Assembly: GCA_016748015.1 (NCBI GenBank)
Contig: JAAOMT010000708.1
Span: 62,001-126,000, forward strand
Reading direction: 5' to 3'
Origin: Geosiphon pyriformis uo1
Lineage: Eukaryota; Fungi; Glomeromycota
Length of the DNA: 64,000 bases
In this document: positions 21,100 to 34,831 of the stretch, piece by piece
How positions within the stretch are numbered: the stretch's first letter is position 1
Layout of the letters: the number at the start of each line of letters is the position of its first letter
Notes under the pieces: model-generated
Told to the model about the DNA's origin: nothing
Seen by the model: only the letters and a program-made list of their open reading frames with translations
Database searches by the model: none
Program-made: the position numbers and the translations under genes

Positions 21100-22872
21100 A
21101 TCTAAGATAAAAAAAATATTAAAAAATAATAATTAATATAACAGTAATTATTAAATAATATTAACAACAAATATTATTTTATAATAACAGTAAATACAAT
21201 AATATAATAATAGTAAATATTATAATATATTTTCTTATATAATTATAAACATATTTATATATAATAGTTTTAATATTAAAAAAAAAATTTTTTATCTTTT
21301 ATTCAATTATTTTTTAATTTTTACTTTTAAAATAAATATTTAAAGAAATTATTAATTGAAAAAATTGAAAAATAAAATTAAAAACTAAATCATTATAATA
21401 AAAGTATTAGAAAATAAAATAAAAAACCAAATTTTTATAATAAAAATATTAAAAATACTAATGAAATGATAATTTTTGGTAATATTTGCCATTTTGTTCA
21501 AAACATTTTTAGAGCTGTTTATTATATATATTGAGAGGTTAAACCTAAGTCTAATGTTATTGATGCAAATATAAAAAAAATATATATTGAATTTGAACTA
21601 TTTTAGTTTAGCATTATTATTCACATATGGCAGTTGGTTTTATAAATAAGTCTACTGCTGATTTGCACTTGTATTTTATAAAAACTTTACATCATCATTT
21701 ACTGGTTACTATTTGAAAATATTTGTATGATAAAAAATATCTTAGTGTATTGTGTCTTTATTGTGAAAAGATGAAAACCTTCAACTACTTCTTTGTATAT
21801 TTATTAGACTCTAATATTTATAAAAGCTTACTTGAATCATGTTTGGTTCAGTAAGGTGCCATATTGAATTTGAGTTTGCCATCATCTTATATTTTGTAAA
21901 TACTCTCTTTGTGTGCTTCCAACAATGCCATATATATTGCTTTGTATAAAAGTATTGTGTTTAAGAAATGGTGTTTGCAGACTGTGTTCTCTTTTGATAG
22001 TATTAAAGTTATCAATAGTAAGATAGTCAATTTGGTGTGAAGTTTAAGAATAAGTTACCAAATTAAGGTATAGATAGTTAGAGCTAAGTATAAAACAATT
22101 ATAAAAAAAAAGACTTGGTCACATACAATAGTTCAGTGTTTCTTAAGGCTCATGGTCTATTAACTTTGCTCTCTAATAGTGTTATTAATTTGTTTGGAAT
22201 TATAGAAACACATGGTGTTTGTTTTGGTTTCTGGAGATTTTGCAGTTTTTTTTTGATACTAATAATACAGTAACTGTTAAAATAGATTTATAATATTGCT
22301 TTGATTAGCTTAAATAACTGGTTACATATAGAAAATACATGATTTGTACCTAGTTTAGATTATTTAATTTAATATATTGTGCTAGGTGGCTTTTGAGTCT
22401 TACTTGTTAAATGTTAATAATAATAAAAAAAGTATTAGAAAATTCACTTATATTATTTTTTAAATAAAATTATTATTTATTAATTAAATTTTTTAGAAAA
22501 ATAATTTTTAATCAAGATTATTTATATTATTATTAATTAATAAAAGCTTTATTATTAAAATTAAGAAAAAATGTTAAAAACTATTAATATTTTGTATTTT
22601 TAGATTAAAAAAACATTTTAGATAATTATAAAAATAGTTTCAAAAAATTCTACTAATAATAAATAAAAATTAAATTAGTTTTTTAAAAAAAGTACATAAA
22701 TATACACAATAATTAAAATTTGAAAAATAATTTATATTGTAATATTAACAGAAAAGTTTTTAACATTATATTATTATTAATATACAAATAAAATTAAAAA
22801 ACTTATAAAAAATTAATTATAATTAAAATAAAAATATTAATAATTAATATATTAAAAAATATTTTTATAATA
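21100..22872 (+). mobile_element. Heavily hypermutated relic LTR related to family A, split by LINE L-b (left boundary approximate)
   Basis: 21228-21270 and 22430-22872 align to the family A LTR when C>T and G>A are allowed. Confidence 0.75.
21416..22427 (+). mobile_element. 5'-truncated LINE copy L-b (C-terminal CCHC region, 3' UTR, TAA/A tail)
   Basis: VLCLYCEKMKTFNY zinc region, family 3' UTR, 16-bp TSD AAAAGTATTAGAAAAT at 21400-21415 and 22428-22443. Confidence 0.88.
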
Positions 22873-23549
22873 TTATATAATAAGAGATCTTTAAAAATAT
22901 TTTTCAATTATTTAAAACTTGTAATTATTATTATATTGATTTACTATAACAGTTTTTTCAAAGTTTTTGGGTTATTTTATTGAATTTTGAGAGTTTTTTT
23001 TAAACAAAAATAAAAAAACTTATGTTTGAATAATTTAAAACAGTTTAAATATTTTTAAAAAATTAGTAATATATTTGTTTTATCTTAAACTATGAATTTT
23101 TTGATTTAAAATTTCAAATTCAAAAAAAGTCAATTAAAAATAACTAAAAAAATTAATTAATTAATATAATTATTTTTGGTTTAAAATTTTTTTTATAATA
23201 GACTTAATAAAATAATTTTAGGTTTTTTATATTAAAAAAATAATTGTTTATATAATAATAAATAAATTAAAGATTTAATAATCTTATAAAAAGTATTATT
23301 TTTATGTTAATCAAATAATATACTAATAGACAAAAAAAATAGTATTATATAATAATAAAATAATTAAAAAATAATATAACTTTAATAAATGAATTAAATT
23401 AATAAAATTTAATAAATAAGATTAGTTTCATAAATATTTTAGTTACTATTTTTTTCAAAAAATAACAAAAAAATTTAAAAGTAAAAAAATAATTTTTATT
23501 ATTAATAAAAAATAATACATTAATATAATTTTATGTTTTATGTTAATAC

Positions 23550-26500
23550 TATTATAAGTGATTATTTGAGGTATTAGAACAAATAACAAACTTGTAACTT
23601 GGTGCTTAATAACTGGAAATATTGGTAATTTCTGAAGGTTTTGGAGTCTAAAGATTTTGGTTAAGTCATTTGTATAATAGACAGAGATTTAATTGATGGT
23701 TTCTTTTGTGAATTTTTTTCTTTAGTGTGATAGCCAGTTTATTTTAATAGTTATGCCTTTCTGGTAATCTATCTTTAAATTTTTACTCTTGTTTCCAGGT
23801 TTTTTACCAGGCTATTTTTGATATTAAATACTCAACACTTAATTTTTTTAATTAATTAGTAAACAACAAAAAATAAAACAAAATAAAATAAAATAAAAGA
23901 AAATAAAAAATTAGTATCTTGTTAATAGTCATAATCAAGAGTTATTAATCCAATGTAATTAAATATTAAATTTTATCAACATAAAGTATTGATAGTATAG
24001 AATAAATTAATATTTCTTTAATCAAATAATAATAACATAAATTCAATGATAATAGATAATTTTATTAATATGAGAATAATTCTACTTTAAGTTATAGAAA
24101 ACTATTTTTTGAAGGAAAGAGTATTATTCTAAATTAATTTGAACTCTATTGAATTCTTTTGGAATTATTTTTTCTGCTTTTAATACTTTTGTTATATATA
24201 CATAATTATGTTATATGAGATTTCTGAAAATTTTGCAATTCTTTAAGAAAAATTTTGGAATTCTGAAATTCTAAAATTTTTTCTTTTACTATACTTATTT
24301 CTAATTGGTTATTTTATCTATTATTATAATTCCTAATTTCTATAAATAACATTATTTCCTTTTATTAATATTAAGCTCTGTCAAGATTTTTTAAATCTTC
24401 TTAATCTATATTGGTATATGTAAAGTTTTAATTTAATAGCAGTTTTTTTAGAATATCTAAGGTCAAATTCTGTATTAGTATTATGCATGTATTTTGGCAT
24501 GATATTTTTATTATTATTGCTGAATCATTTAAGTTTCTGCTTTTTTGAAAGATTTGGAAGTATAATATATTGTTTGGGATTGTAATCAGAGTTTAAATTA
24601 TTATTGTTATTGTTGTTATAGTAAATAGTATTGAAACTATTGTTGTTGTCATTATCAGAATTTGAATTGTAATTGAATTTTAACTCTGATTTCAAAGTGT
24701 ATTTATTGATTGGTTTTTTTTCTTTGAGAATTGAATAGATTATGTGTAGCAGCAGATTGTGAATAAGATTACAATTATCACAATATTCAAAATCACTGAA
24801 AATTAGACAATGTTTACAAAGTTTAGTAGTTAATTATTCTAAATACTGCTCTTGTTTTTCTTGAGTAGATGTTAGATTTTAGTAGTAAAGTGGTTTTTTT
24901 TTGGTTCTGATGAGTATAAAACATGCTAACTATTATTTGTTTTTTTTGTAAAGATAATGGTTTGTGGTTTGTCTTCTTTTTTTTTTTTCTTTTGTTGTCT
25001 CAAAAGAATATTAGTGGCAATTTGTTGTGCTTGTTTTCAGTCTACAAAATTTAATAAGCTTTTTAAGTAGGTTTTTCTTTTTTTTTTAAACTCAATTAGT
25101 GGTAATTGGATGATAATATTTGGTTTAAAATGGTCACAAATAGCAGATACCTAAGTTTGCTGATCATTTTGACTGAGCTGTAGCTCTTGAATATTCCAGT
25201 CAAGCATGATATTGGTCTTAAACAGCCAGTTATTATCAATAAGAGCTTGGTACTACATGATTTTTATAATAAGAATCTTGATAGGTGTGATAATACCATT
25301 GACTTCAAAAAAAAAGTTGTCAATTTTGTTAATAGGAGTTTTTGTCATTTTATCAGCTGTAATAATTTTAATACTAATAGCATGATCAACTTGGCAATCT
25401 AATTGGTTCATAAGTTGTTGTGTAATAATACTGTCTGCTAATTCACTATTAAGAATTAGCTTAATAGATTGGCCATTAACTTTGGTATTAATATATATGG
25501 CTGTAATTAGTTTAGTGTTAAGAGCAGCTTTACTAAATAGAGATGTTATGACTAATTCTTCTAATTTAAAAAGAAAAATGGCTGCAAATGACTCATTTTT
25601 AGTAACTATTGCTAGTAAAATATTCTTAGTAAGTAGTGTTGAGTTGGTTTTTAAGTTGTTAAATAAGTTGTTTTCTGGAGTAACTAAAAAACTTAAATAG
25701 TGTTAAAAATTCGGGTTTTGGAAGTACCCACTTTTCAAACTCTGTTAATGTAATCCTAATAGCTGATTTGAAGAACTGGGAATTAATTGATACATACTTA
25801 TTGCCAATCTCCAGTTTTGTTGTGTGTGTGTGATTTTTAGCTTTTGATTTCTGATTAACATTAAAGCTAAGTTTTGTGGCAATATTTGAATTGGTTGGAG
25901 TTAATAAATTATTTGTGATTATAATTAATAGATTACTGATGCTGCAGTCTAATAAACAGAAGGTACATATATTGGTTGTTGCATTATTAGTACATAATAG
26001 GATTAGTATAATTCTAATAACAAATTGTTGATGTGGTTTTGGTTTGAAACCTGTAATTGGGACTTTGATTTTGATTTCCTAATTATTGATTATTAAATTT
26101 AAAGTAGCAATCTGCTTTTAAATAATCTTGTTTATTACAACAGTAACAATTATGCATTTTTTGTTGCCATAATTGGTTTAATAATGATAATGGTATTAAA
26201 CATAACTGATTTTAAAAGCAATTAAAATTTCCTTAATTATCACAATATTGAAAAGGTTGATAAATTGCTTGATTGTTAGCTATGTATTCTTTAATTTTCT
26301 GGTTAATAAAGTTGTTAAATTGTTTCAGCTTAAAATTCAATTCAGATAATCCATTTATTATTTAAATATGATTGGCTTTAAGTTTGGCCAATTTAAAATT
26401 TTTGGCATATATAACTGTATCTTGGAGAGTATTTAGATATATTGAGTATACTTATTGTAGAAGACTACTGTATAATCTGTAAATAAATTGATTCAAAATT

Positions 26501-27761
26501 TGTGGCACTGTAAAATAGTTAGCATTGATTGCTTAGATTTGGTGCAGATTTTGTAGAAATGCAGTTTTAAACATGTTAAAATCTTGGAGTTTGTTTACAA
26601 AATTTTGATATCATAAGTTGGTAGTGTCTTAAAAAAAGTATAGAATGGCTTAAAGTGCTTTGGCATTATTTTATCTATTGGTTAAGATGGCTTTTTCCAT
26701 ATTGTTTAGTTATGCTTGAGCATTATTTTCTTCTTTTGTAAATTTTTCTAGTTTGACAATAGGTATGTATGCTATTGATACAAATTGTTATTGTTAAAGT
26801 TGTTGTTATGGTGTGATAATTAATACAACTAGTAGATCAATTATGATAACTAGAAATAAGTTTTACTGAAAAATAAAAGCAAGATTTGAATTGTTTGGGT
26901 TTAACTAGATTTGAACAATTGGAGTTATAATTTCCAGATAGTTAATATTAATGCTGGTTTTTTATTAGATTATATTTTACAGAAAGCACCAAATATTACA
27001 GGTGATTATTTGGAATATTAAAACAAATAACAAACCCATAATTTAGTGTTCAATAACTGAAAATATTGGTAATTTCTGAAAATTTTGGAGTTTGAAAGTT
27101 TTGGTTGAGTCTTTTATATAATAAACAGAGATTTAATTAATAGTTTTTTCTGTGAATTTTTTTTTCAGCATAATGACTAGTTTATTTTGGCAGTTGTACT
27201 TTTGTGATAAGCTATTTTTAAATTTTTATCTTTGTTCTTGGGTTTTTTATCAGACTATTTTTGATATTAAATATTCAGTGCTTAATTCTTTTAATTAATT
27301 AATAAACAACAAAAAAATAAAACAAAAAAAAATAAAAAAAATAAAAGAAAATAAGAAATTAGTATTTTGTCAATAGCCATAATTAAAAACTATTGGTTTA
27401 ATGTAGTTAAGTATTAGATTCTATTAACATAAAGTGTTGATAGTGTAAAATAAATTAATATTTCTTTAATTAAATAATAATAACATAAATTCAATAATTA
27501 TTAATAATTTTATTAATATAAAAATGATTCTATTTTAAGTTATAGAAAACTATCTTTTGAAGAAAAAAATATTGTTCTAAATTAATTTGAATTTTATTGA
27601 ATTCTCTTGGAATTACTTTTTCTGTTTTAACATTTTTACTATATATACATAATTTATGTTATACAAAATTCTTGGAAATTCTGCAATTCCTCTTTTTACT
27701 ATGCCTATTCCTAATTGGTTATTTTACTTATTACTATAATTTTTAATTTCTATGAGTAATA
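23550..27761 (-). mobile_element. Non-autonomous, multiply deleted family B LTR element (B3); LTRs 23550-24351 and 26994-27761
   Basis: Two LTRs, decayed PBS (~26975-26991) and PPT (24352-24364); gag, protease and dUTPase-start remnants; no RT, RH or IN. Confidence 0.88.
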
Positions 27762-28070
27762 GTGTTTTTAAAATTTAATATTAAATATCAGTTGTATTTT
27801 TCAATAAATATTTATTTAATATATTTTACAAAAATTAACAATTATATAAATCAAAAAAAATAATAATAAAAAATAAATAAAAAAATAAATATTATTGTAT
27901 TAATTTTTGCATTAAATAAATTTATTCTGAATATTAATGTTTTTTTAAAGTTATAAAAAATTTTATTTTAAAAAAAAATCAATAATTAAATTAGTAATTA
28001 TATCAATAATTTAGTTAATAATCAGATTAATAATTAAATAATTAATTAAATTATTAATTAAATTAAAAAT

Positions 28071-31000
28071 AAAAACTTCTTTCTCTCCTTTGTCCAAAAT
28101 TTCCAAAAAAGTGTTAAAAGTTTTTTCAAAAGAAGTTTTTTACCATTCAGTATGATAAATCAAAACCGTTCTTTGATTATGAGGCTACTGTTGGCCCTGT
28201 TATTGCTATTATAAAGAAAACTATTAAAGTTCCTGGTTCTGAAAGTGGTTTCAAGGCAGTTGTGTCAAGGAAGAAGAGGAAGAAAAATGTATTGGCAGAG
28301 GGTATTGATAATAGAGGGGTTGCTGCTAAAGCTTTTGGTGCTCGTTCATGGGATTCTAAGACAGGTGACACTACTGAATCTAAGAGTATTGACATGGAGG
28401 AAAAGTGCTTGGTTAAAAAAACTAGTGTTGACTATGGTGAAAATGGTGCTTTCATGAAAAGAAATCTTAATTAAACACCAAAGAGTTTGCATATAAAGAC
28501 CAAAAAAGTGTTAGAGAAGCCTCTGGGTGTGATTGATTATGGTACTGTCAATACAGATAATGACGTGTTAGATAATTTTTTTCTTCTCCTGCCCCCTCTA
28601 CCTATCAAACCAACCATTCAAGTGCTTATTCACAAATTCTTTACTTTAAATATTGATCTTGTGGCCATTGCTGGGAAGTCCTCTCAGGAAAAATTGAGTT
28701 TTATTAAGAAAATTTTTTCAAGTGTGAATGGTTTTGGGGGGGCTTCTACTCCCTCAAAATTTGGTAGAATTATTCATGTGACTTTTACTTTGGAAAAGGC
28801 AATGATGGCTGCTGGGAAGTTGGCAAATGATCATGGTGTTGTGGTAAACACCAATCTCAAGCACCCTGTAAACAACCATACAAATTGGGCAATTGTGATG
28901 AAAAAAATTCCTGTGGGAATTTCCATGGAGACTGTATGTGCTACTGTGTCCGAGTTTGGATTAATTAAGTCAATCAAGATACAACTGGTGGGTCTGTGGT
29001 AAAAAGCGATCATTGAATTAGAAGATCAGAATCAGGCTGATTTCTTGACATCCAAATGGTCTATTCTCATTGGAAAGAATACAGTACATATGACCAAGAC
29101 CAATGTTAACAAACAGATATGGGATTTCAAGGATGAATTCAGAGCGCTGTTATATACTCTTCTTGTAGAAACAAATGCTCATGACCTTTGGGATTTTGTT
29201 GGTTCAGTTGGTGGGAAAACATGTGTCATTGATTATAATCCTGTTAGTTACACCTATGCTCGCTGTGCTATTGTTTGCTTTGGGTTTGAATCTGATCTGG
29301 TTAGTGCAATGACTGCAACCCCAGTTATAAAAGGGATTGGCCTTCGCTGGTCTCACCTCTCTTTGGCACTGTGCTTGGTCTGCAGTCTTTCTGGTCATAC
29401 ATCTCTCAATTGTGTTTCAGTTAAGGTTGGTTCAATCCTGAGAGGCAGAAAGGCACCTTTTTCTGCTCGGGATCAGGTCAGATTGGTAACTATCAATGCT
29501 TGAAAGTCCGCACCCATTTCTCATCCATTGGCCTTCAGTGATAAGACTTGGGCATCAGTTGTTGGTGCTTCTCCAGTGCACAGTTCTCATGGTGCTGATT
29601 CGCTTCTTGGTTCTGACAATGTTGGTAAACCTCTTTTTTCTGTTGTGGATGATTTGAAAAAGCATTTGGTAAATATTGAGAGCAGTCTCATCAGCCTTGC
29701 AGGACAAATTGGTGAGTTGGCTAAGAGGTTGGATTCACTTGTGCTGGCAGTTTCCTAGCCTAGTCCTGAATGTCAGCTGTCAGTAATCTTCCCATCACAG
29801 AATCAAGGGGAGGATATAATGATAGAAGTGGGCTCAGGTAAGACCATTGGTGATGAGACTGCTACTGTTACTGCTATGGTAAAAGATTCATCTGTATTCT
29901 CTCATGTTGCCAAGTTAGAGAATATGTTGGAAGGCCTTGCTGCTTCAGTGCTGAGTTTGTCTGCTTGTTTTGATAGGTTGGTTCTGACTGGTAGTATGAT
30001 TTCACAACCTCCTTCCCAATAAGTGGTATTATTTGGAAAATTGCTACTTGTAATGTTAAAGGTATGAATGTTCCTGCTAAACAAGATAATATTGTTTAAT
30101 GGCATTGGGATATGGACAATTTGGTTTCAATTTTCACAGAGACTAAGTTGAAGAATAAGGTTTGTCCATGAATGGCCACCAAATTTGGTGGTGTTCAAGT
30201 TTTCTCTTCTGGTTTGAACTCTGGTTACATGGGTGCTGGTGTGGCGATTGTTATAAACAACTCTTTGGCTAAACATGTATGTAAAGTTTCTGAGGTGCTG
30301 GATTGTCTTCTTTGCATCAGATTACTTTTCAAAAATAAACTTTTGGTTTTGATTTTGGGCTCTATGCTGGTGCCTCCCTGACTGTTCAATTTTTCCAGGC
30401 TGTTGAGATAAATTCTTTGATCGCGAAGGCTGTAAATGAATCTTCTTTTGTTATTCTTGGTGGTGATTTTAACAAGGATGGTTCTCATAGATGTGCCAGC
30501 TTCAAGAAATGTTTTGATCTGGGTTTAGTGAATTCTTTGGGTGGGAGTTCCTTTGTAAAGACACCCACATGGTATAACTCTCATGGTGTTGAAAAAACAA
30601 TTAATTTTGTTTTCATATTTTCAAATTTGGTTAATGCAGTAGTAGATTGTAGTATGACTGATGTCTTAGAGCACTTTGATACTGATCACAAAGCTGTTAC
30701 TGTTTCTGTGGGGCTGGAGGGTCTTTTGGATGTACATCTCTCTTCACTCCACAAACAGGTGAACAAAGACTATTAGAAGTTTGATGTCAAAAGTGCTGAT
30801 AATTTAAAATGGTGTGAGTTTAAGGCTGTTTCGGCTGCCAATGCTACTGTGCTTTTGGATGCTTTTGATGTGGCTCAAAAGTTTTCAGATTTGGATAGAT
30901 TGTGGAACATTATTCGCAAAACTATGATTTTCTCAGCTGATGTGTCTTTCAAAAAAAAATGGTTTAAGGATTATGATAGTGTTTTCATTAAAGTGTTTTC

Positions 31001-34000
31001 TTGGTTCTACAAGTTAGAATTGTTGGTGTCCAAGCTGGTAAAGGCTTCTTGTTTAGCTTCCTGTGAGAATTTTGAGTTGTTGTTGAAAACATAGGACAGA
31101 CTTGATCTTATGGGTGCATCGGAGGTGAAGTCCCTGTTTCTCTCAGGTTCTAATTTTGATGTTGTTCGTTTTGTTCTGGCCAAGATAAGAAAATTTTACC
31201 ACTCATCCAAGTTGTTGAAGTCTCAGTGGGCTGAGAAATCATGTATCAAGCAAGCTGTTGACAATAGAATGGAGAGTTTTGAGTTGGATAAGGGTTGTAC
31301 TATTAGAAATGTGTTAGAGCATCCTTTTTGCAAAGTGGTATTAAATCATTTGATTATGGATAATGAGCTGATCTTGGAACCTAAGTTGGTTAAATCTAAG
31401 GTGGATGAGATAATGGAAGGATGAACTCAGAAGCGTGGAGTGAGGTCTGACTTTTTGAATGATTGGAGTCATCAATATAAGCTCTTGGATTATGTTTTTG
31501 ATGGCACTTTTTCTGATGTAATGTGCATGATTGGTTTTAATGAAATGTTGGCTGTTGTTTTAAATCTGCCTAATGAGAAAGCAGCTGGTTTCTCTGGCAT
31601 CTCAAATGAATTGTGGAAGCACTGTGACAAGTCAGTTTTGGATATGTTTTTGGTGCTCTTGAATTGTTGCTTGGTTTGTAAGTCTGTTTCTGGTCTTTGG
31701 AGGGAGGCCTGGGTCTCGATGATTCCTAAACCATATGAGTGAAAGAGTGTTCTTACAAACACTCATCCTATTGCATTAATTGAAACAGCCCACAAGATTC
31801 TTTTCAAGATTCTCTCAGACAGGATTTTTTCAGCTTGCAGCAAGTTTAATGTTCTTCGTGGTGATAACTTCTCTGTTTTAAAAGGTACGACAACACAGTC
31901 CCCCATTTTCGCCATTGGTTTTGTGGTTAAGAATACTTTGGAAAAGAATCGGGAGCTGTGGCTGGTTTTACAGAATATACATAAGGCCTATGATTCTGTT
32001 GATTGGATATATCTCAGAAGGAGTTTAGTTAGGATCAAAATGTGTGACAGGTTCATTAGATTTTTTGGTGGAATTCACAATGGTCATATCAACAGAGTGA
32101 TGACTGACTTTGGTTTAACTAATGAATATCATGTTTATGATGGTTTGGATTAGGGGGAGGTTTTCTTGTCTCTTTTGTGGCACATTTTCTATGATCCACT
32201 TTTGTGCGAGGTCAAGAGTGTGTTTGTGGATACAGGTTAAATTTTTATTTTATTTTCAAAATTGGCTGGGCTAAATCTCATACTGAGTTGACTTCGTTTT
32301 TTACAGTAGATGCTTTTGTTGATGATACCATATGAGTTGGTAGTAGCCAGGCCACTACACAGTACATACTCGATATAGCTAGTGAGTTTTTTGAATTTAA
32401 TGACATTTCCATTAACAATAATAAGACTATGGCCATTTTCATTAACTGTTGGGTCAAGTCCCCATATCTAACTGTCAGTGGTTTGCCAATTTCTATTACC
32501 AAGAAGGGGGAATCTTACTGTTATCTGGGCATTTTTTTGTTGTCTGAGGGTTTGTCGAAATCTAGTTTGGCTAAGGCTCATTTGGACATTTGGTTTTTTG
32601 TTAATCTTGTCATGAGAAAGGCAATTTTGGATAAGCAGTTTGCATATTTGGTGTTCGCAATCTTTTTTCCAATTGTTGGCTATAGGACTCAGTTTAGCTA
32701 TATTCCTTTCAGTGTGTGTAATAAGTGGAATGCTCTAATTCGAAAGAGTCTGAAATCTAAATCTGGCTTTTTACACAATTTTCTAAGTGATGCAATCCAT
32801 CATCCTTCTTTGTATAATTTAAAATCTTTTGAGCAGATCCAGGCTAAAAGCAAATCTGCTTTTGTGGTTTTCTTTGCTAATTCAGTTGGAATCTTAAGTC
32901 AGTTGTTTTTTCACAAGTTTCATGATTTTCAGATTCTCAGTTGGTGTTCTTGTTACCCTTTGGTGTTCCCAATTTATATTGGTGTCACATCTTCAAATAG
33001 TTTTTTGGCAGGTGTAGTCTGTATTTTTTCTGGGTGTGATTTGTCTTTGGGCAATTTTCTATCTTATGCTTTTCGCTGTCGGGAAGGCACTTCTATGTCT
33101 TTCATTTTCGACAAGCCAAATTTTCTCAAATGTGTCTCTTTGCTCAAGCGTTATGGTATCGCATTTGTGGAGCAGCTACATAATCGAAATGGTGTTGTTT
33201 TTAGTTGGGAAGCTTTCAAGTATTGGAAGAGGCTGGATCCTCATGAACCTGTTCCTTTATGGTTTGATCTCTCTATTCATTTTCTTAGTAATGCTGTGTC
33301 TTCTTCTGTTAACTCTTCACTTGGAGAAAATTGTGTCTTATTTAATGTTTGTCAATCTCACAGTTTTGGTGTTGTTTGTAACAATCTGTTGGTTGTTGAT
33401 GCAGCTTGCCTTTCTGTGTATATGGACAGGTTTCTGAGTGGTTTAGAAACTCATAATATGAAGGCTGGTGCTGCTGTTTTTTTTGAGAACATTAATTCAG
33501 GTTTGGGTGTGAACATGTTCAGTATGGTTTCTTCTACGATGGCGGAATTGCAGCCCATTTTTTTGGCTCTTGAGTGTATCCCCTCTTTTTGTTTAGTTAA
33601 CTTGTTCTCGGACAGCCAGGCTGCTTTGGATGCTTACAAGTCTGAGTCTCTGCTGGTTTGTCCAGATTTCAGAAATCAGTGTTGGATTGAATGTTACCAC
33701 ATTGCTAATGTTATTCGTCAGAAAAATTTGGATGTGAATTGGATCAAAGTTAAAGGTCATTTGGGTATTCTAGGCAATGTGCGGGCTGATGCACTTGCTA
33801 AGGATGCTGCCTCTTTTTTGTAACAGCTGCCTCATATAGTCGGTGAACATTTTCTGAAGGCTGGTGGTACTGCAATATCTGGTAATTCGAGATGTTTTGT
33901 CCATGGTGTTTTCCAGTCTGTTCATCGAGCATGTTGGGAGGTCAGCTCTGGTTCTGAGATTGTGGTGGATAGTTTGTGAAGTGAGATTGATTGGTCCAAG

Positions 34001-34831
34001 TCTTCTTTGGTGTGGCACCCGAATTTTCACATGGCTGCTGGTTTTACTAGTGTGCAAACAGCCAGCTTTTAGACATATTTTATGAAAGCCCTGTACCATC
34101 GTCTTCCTGTTGCTGTGTGTAAGTGCCTTTATGATAAGTGTTACCCTAGTGTAGTTTGTTTGTTCTGTGGTAATATTGAGGTTTCGGACCATGTCTTTTC
34201 CTGTTCTTTTAATGCTGCTGGTCATGCTTAATTGATGAACACTCATGTGGATGCCTGGGTGGCGCATTTTGGTTTGTCTCATTCTTCTTTGTGTGTTTCT
34301 CGGTTGTTGTCGACTTGCATCTCCAATGTGACAATTGGTATGGCTCTGTATAAGAGTTTTGTTTTCAATAATTTGTATCATGAGTCTGTTTTTGTTTACA
34401 AGGATCCTAAGGTGGTGGTCTTTAATGTTGTGGATTTTGTTCACAAGTTTTGCCTTGCATTTTGTGATGATATCTGGCTGGTCCGTGTGAGACACCGGAC
34501 CATTATGGAGAAAAATAGGCTGATTCCACATGATGGCTCTGTCCCTGTCTTTGTTTTTGGTTTTGCTTTCTGATTTTCGGCTGGTGTGGTTAAGTTGTTA
34601 GGTGTTGCTGATGCATTCAGCATTAGTTTTGGGTTTCGCAAGCTTTGTTTATTTTTTGCAGGTATAAGTGACATAATTTCTGTTGGTATAAGTGCATAGT
34701 GTTGTTCTGACTGGTTTGAGTGGCTAGTCACATGTAGGAAAAGCATAATTCGTACTTAGTTTAGATTATTTGAATAATGTATAGTTCTAGGTAGCATTTG
34801 GACTTCACTCATTAAAAAAAAGAAAAAAAAA
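28071..34831 (+). mobile_element. Full-length LINE copy L-c (ORF1 ~28180-30022; ORF2 30019-34699)
   Basis: ORF1 CLVCSLSGHTSLNC; APE GGDFN and DTDH; RT AFVDDT; RNase H FSDSQAAL and WIKVKGH..GNVRAD; CLFCGNIEVSDHVFSC; A-rich tail. Confidence 0.95.

Noticed and set aside
20177-21100. Assignment of this AT-rich tract to a specific TE
   Set aside because: Probably an erased repeat, but I could not align it confidently by eye.
33770-34531. 253-aa minus-strand ORF and many other antisense ORFs over TEs
   Set aside because: Shadows of TE coding frames; no motifs, not conserved among copies.
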